DNA of 64,000 nucleotides from an uncultured delta proteobacterium (GTDB lineage Bacteria; Desulfobacterota; Binatia; UBA9968): NCBI GenBank assembly GCA_963745035.1, contig CAVUVW010000011.1, positions 128,001 to 192,000 of the forward strand, read 5' to 3'. Shown piece by piece: positions 63,646 to 64,000 of this stretch (position 1 is its first letter; each line of letters starts with the position of its first letter). The notes under the pieces were generated by a model. It saw only the letters and a program-made list of their open reading frames with translations, ran no database searches and was not told where the DNA came from. The position numbers and the translations under genes were made by a program.

Positions 63646-64000
63646 ATGGCGGCAATAAAATGCCCAAAGTGCGCCCGCGACTTTGTCCGGCGTGTTTCGC
63701 GCGCCGGTCTAGAGAAATTCCTCAGTCTCTTTTACGTCTACCCGTTTAGGTGCCAACTCTGCTCCGAGCGCTTCCGAGCTTTCCAGCCCGGCGTCCGATA
63801 CCGCAGAGTTGCGGAAGATCGTCGTGAATACCAACGCATGGAAATGAAATTTCCGGTCACGATCACCGGACCGGACGGTGTCCAGACCCCAGGAATGCTG
63901 CTCAACCTTTCCATGGGTGGATGCAGTGTTGCCACGGATGCAGATCTTGCCGCTGGCATGATAGTGAAAATCGAGCTGGCAATCACGGGCATGACCCGGC
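63646..64000 (+). CDS. Zn-ribbon + PilZ domain protein (runs off window; not in ORF track)
   Basis: MAAIKCPKC...PFRCQLC...RREYQR...NLSMGG (RxxxR and D/NxSxxG). Confidence 0.75.
   Translation, partial: MAAIKCPKCARDFVRRVSRAGLEKFLSLFYVYPFRCQLCSERFRAFQPGVRYRRVAEDRREYQRMEMKFPVTITGPDGVQTPGMLLNLSMGGCSVATDADLAAGMIVKIELAITGMTR

Overview
Bacterial, GC-rich chromosomal window. The gene content (many ABC/NMT1 and TctC solute-binding proteins, LLM oxidoreductase, MFS paralogues) resembles Candidatus Binatia-type deltaproteobacteria; this assignment is an inference. Many genes carry 1-bp frameshifts, probably long-read errors. The first ~21.4 kb is an accessory patchwork punctuated by 15 co-oriented full or half copies of a 64-69 bp repeat, GATTGAACTGAATTCTCC-variable core-GCGTCGTTCAGTTCAATC, with inverted-repeat ends. 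One copy appears split, with a XerC/D-like (non-IntI) tyrosine recombinase between its left and right halves. Between copies lie single cargo genes, termini of ABC substrate-binding genes, orphan integron attC sites and att-like scars with tRNA fragments. Together these suggest a possibly undescribed recombinase/repeat gene-cassette system. The rest of the window holds transport and catabolic genes, a DUF4160-type TA pair, and a ~3,100-aa RHS toxin with a Gly-rich triple-repeat insertion plus a candidate immunity gene. It also has a ~190-nt rod-like (6S-like) RNA candidate, a partial sox/fcc/yeeE sulfur cluster, duplicated MBL hydrolases and TctC proteins, and a truncated PilZ gene.
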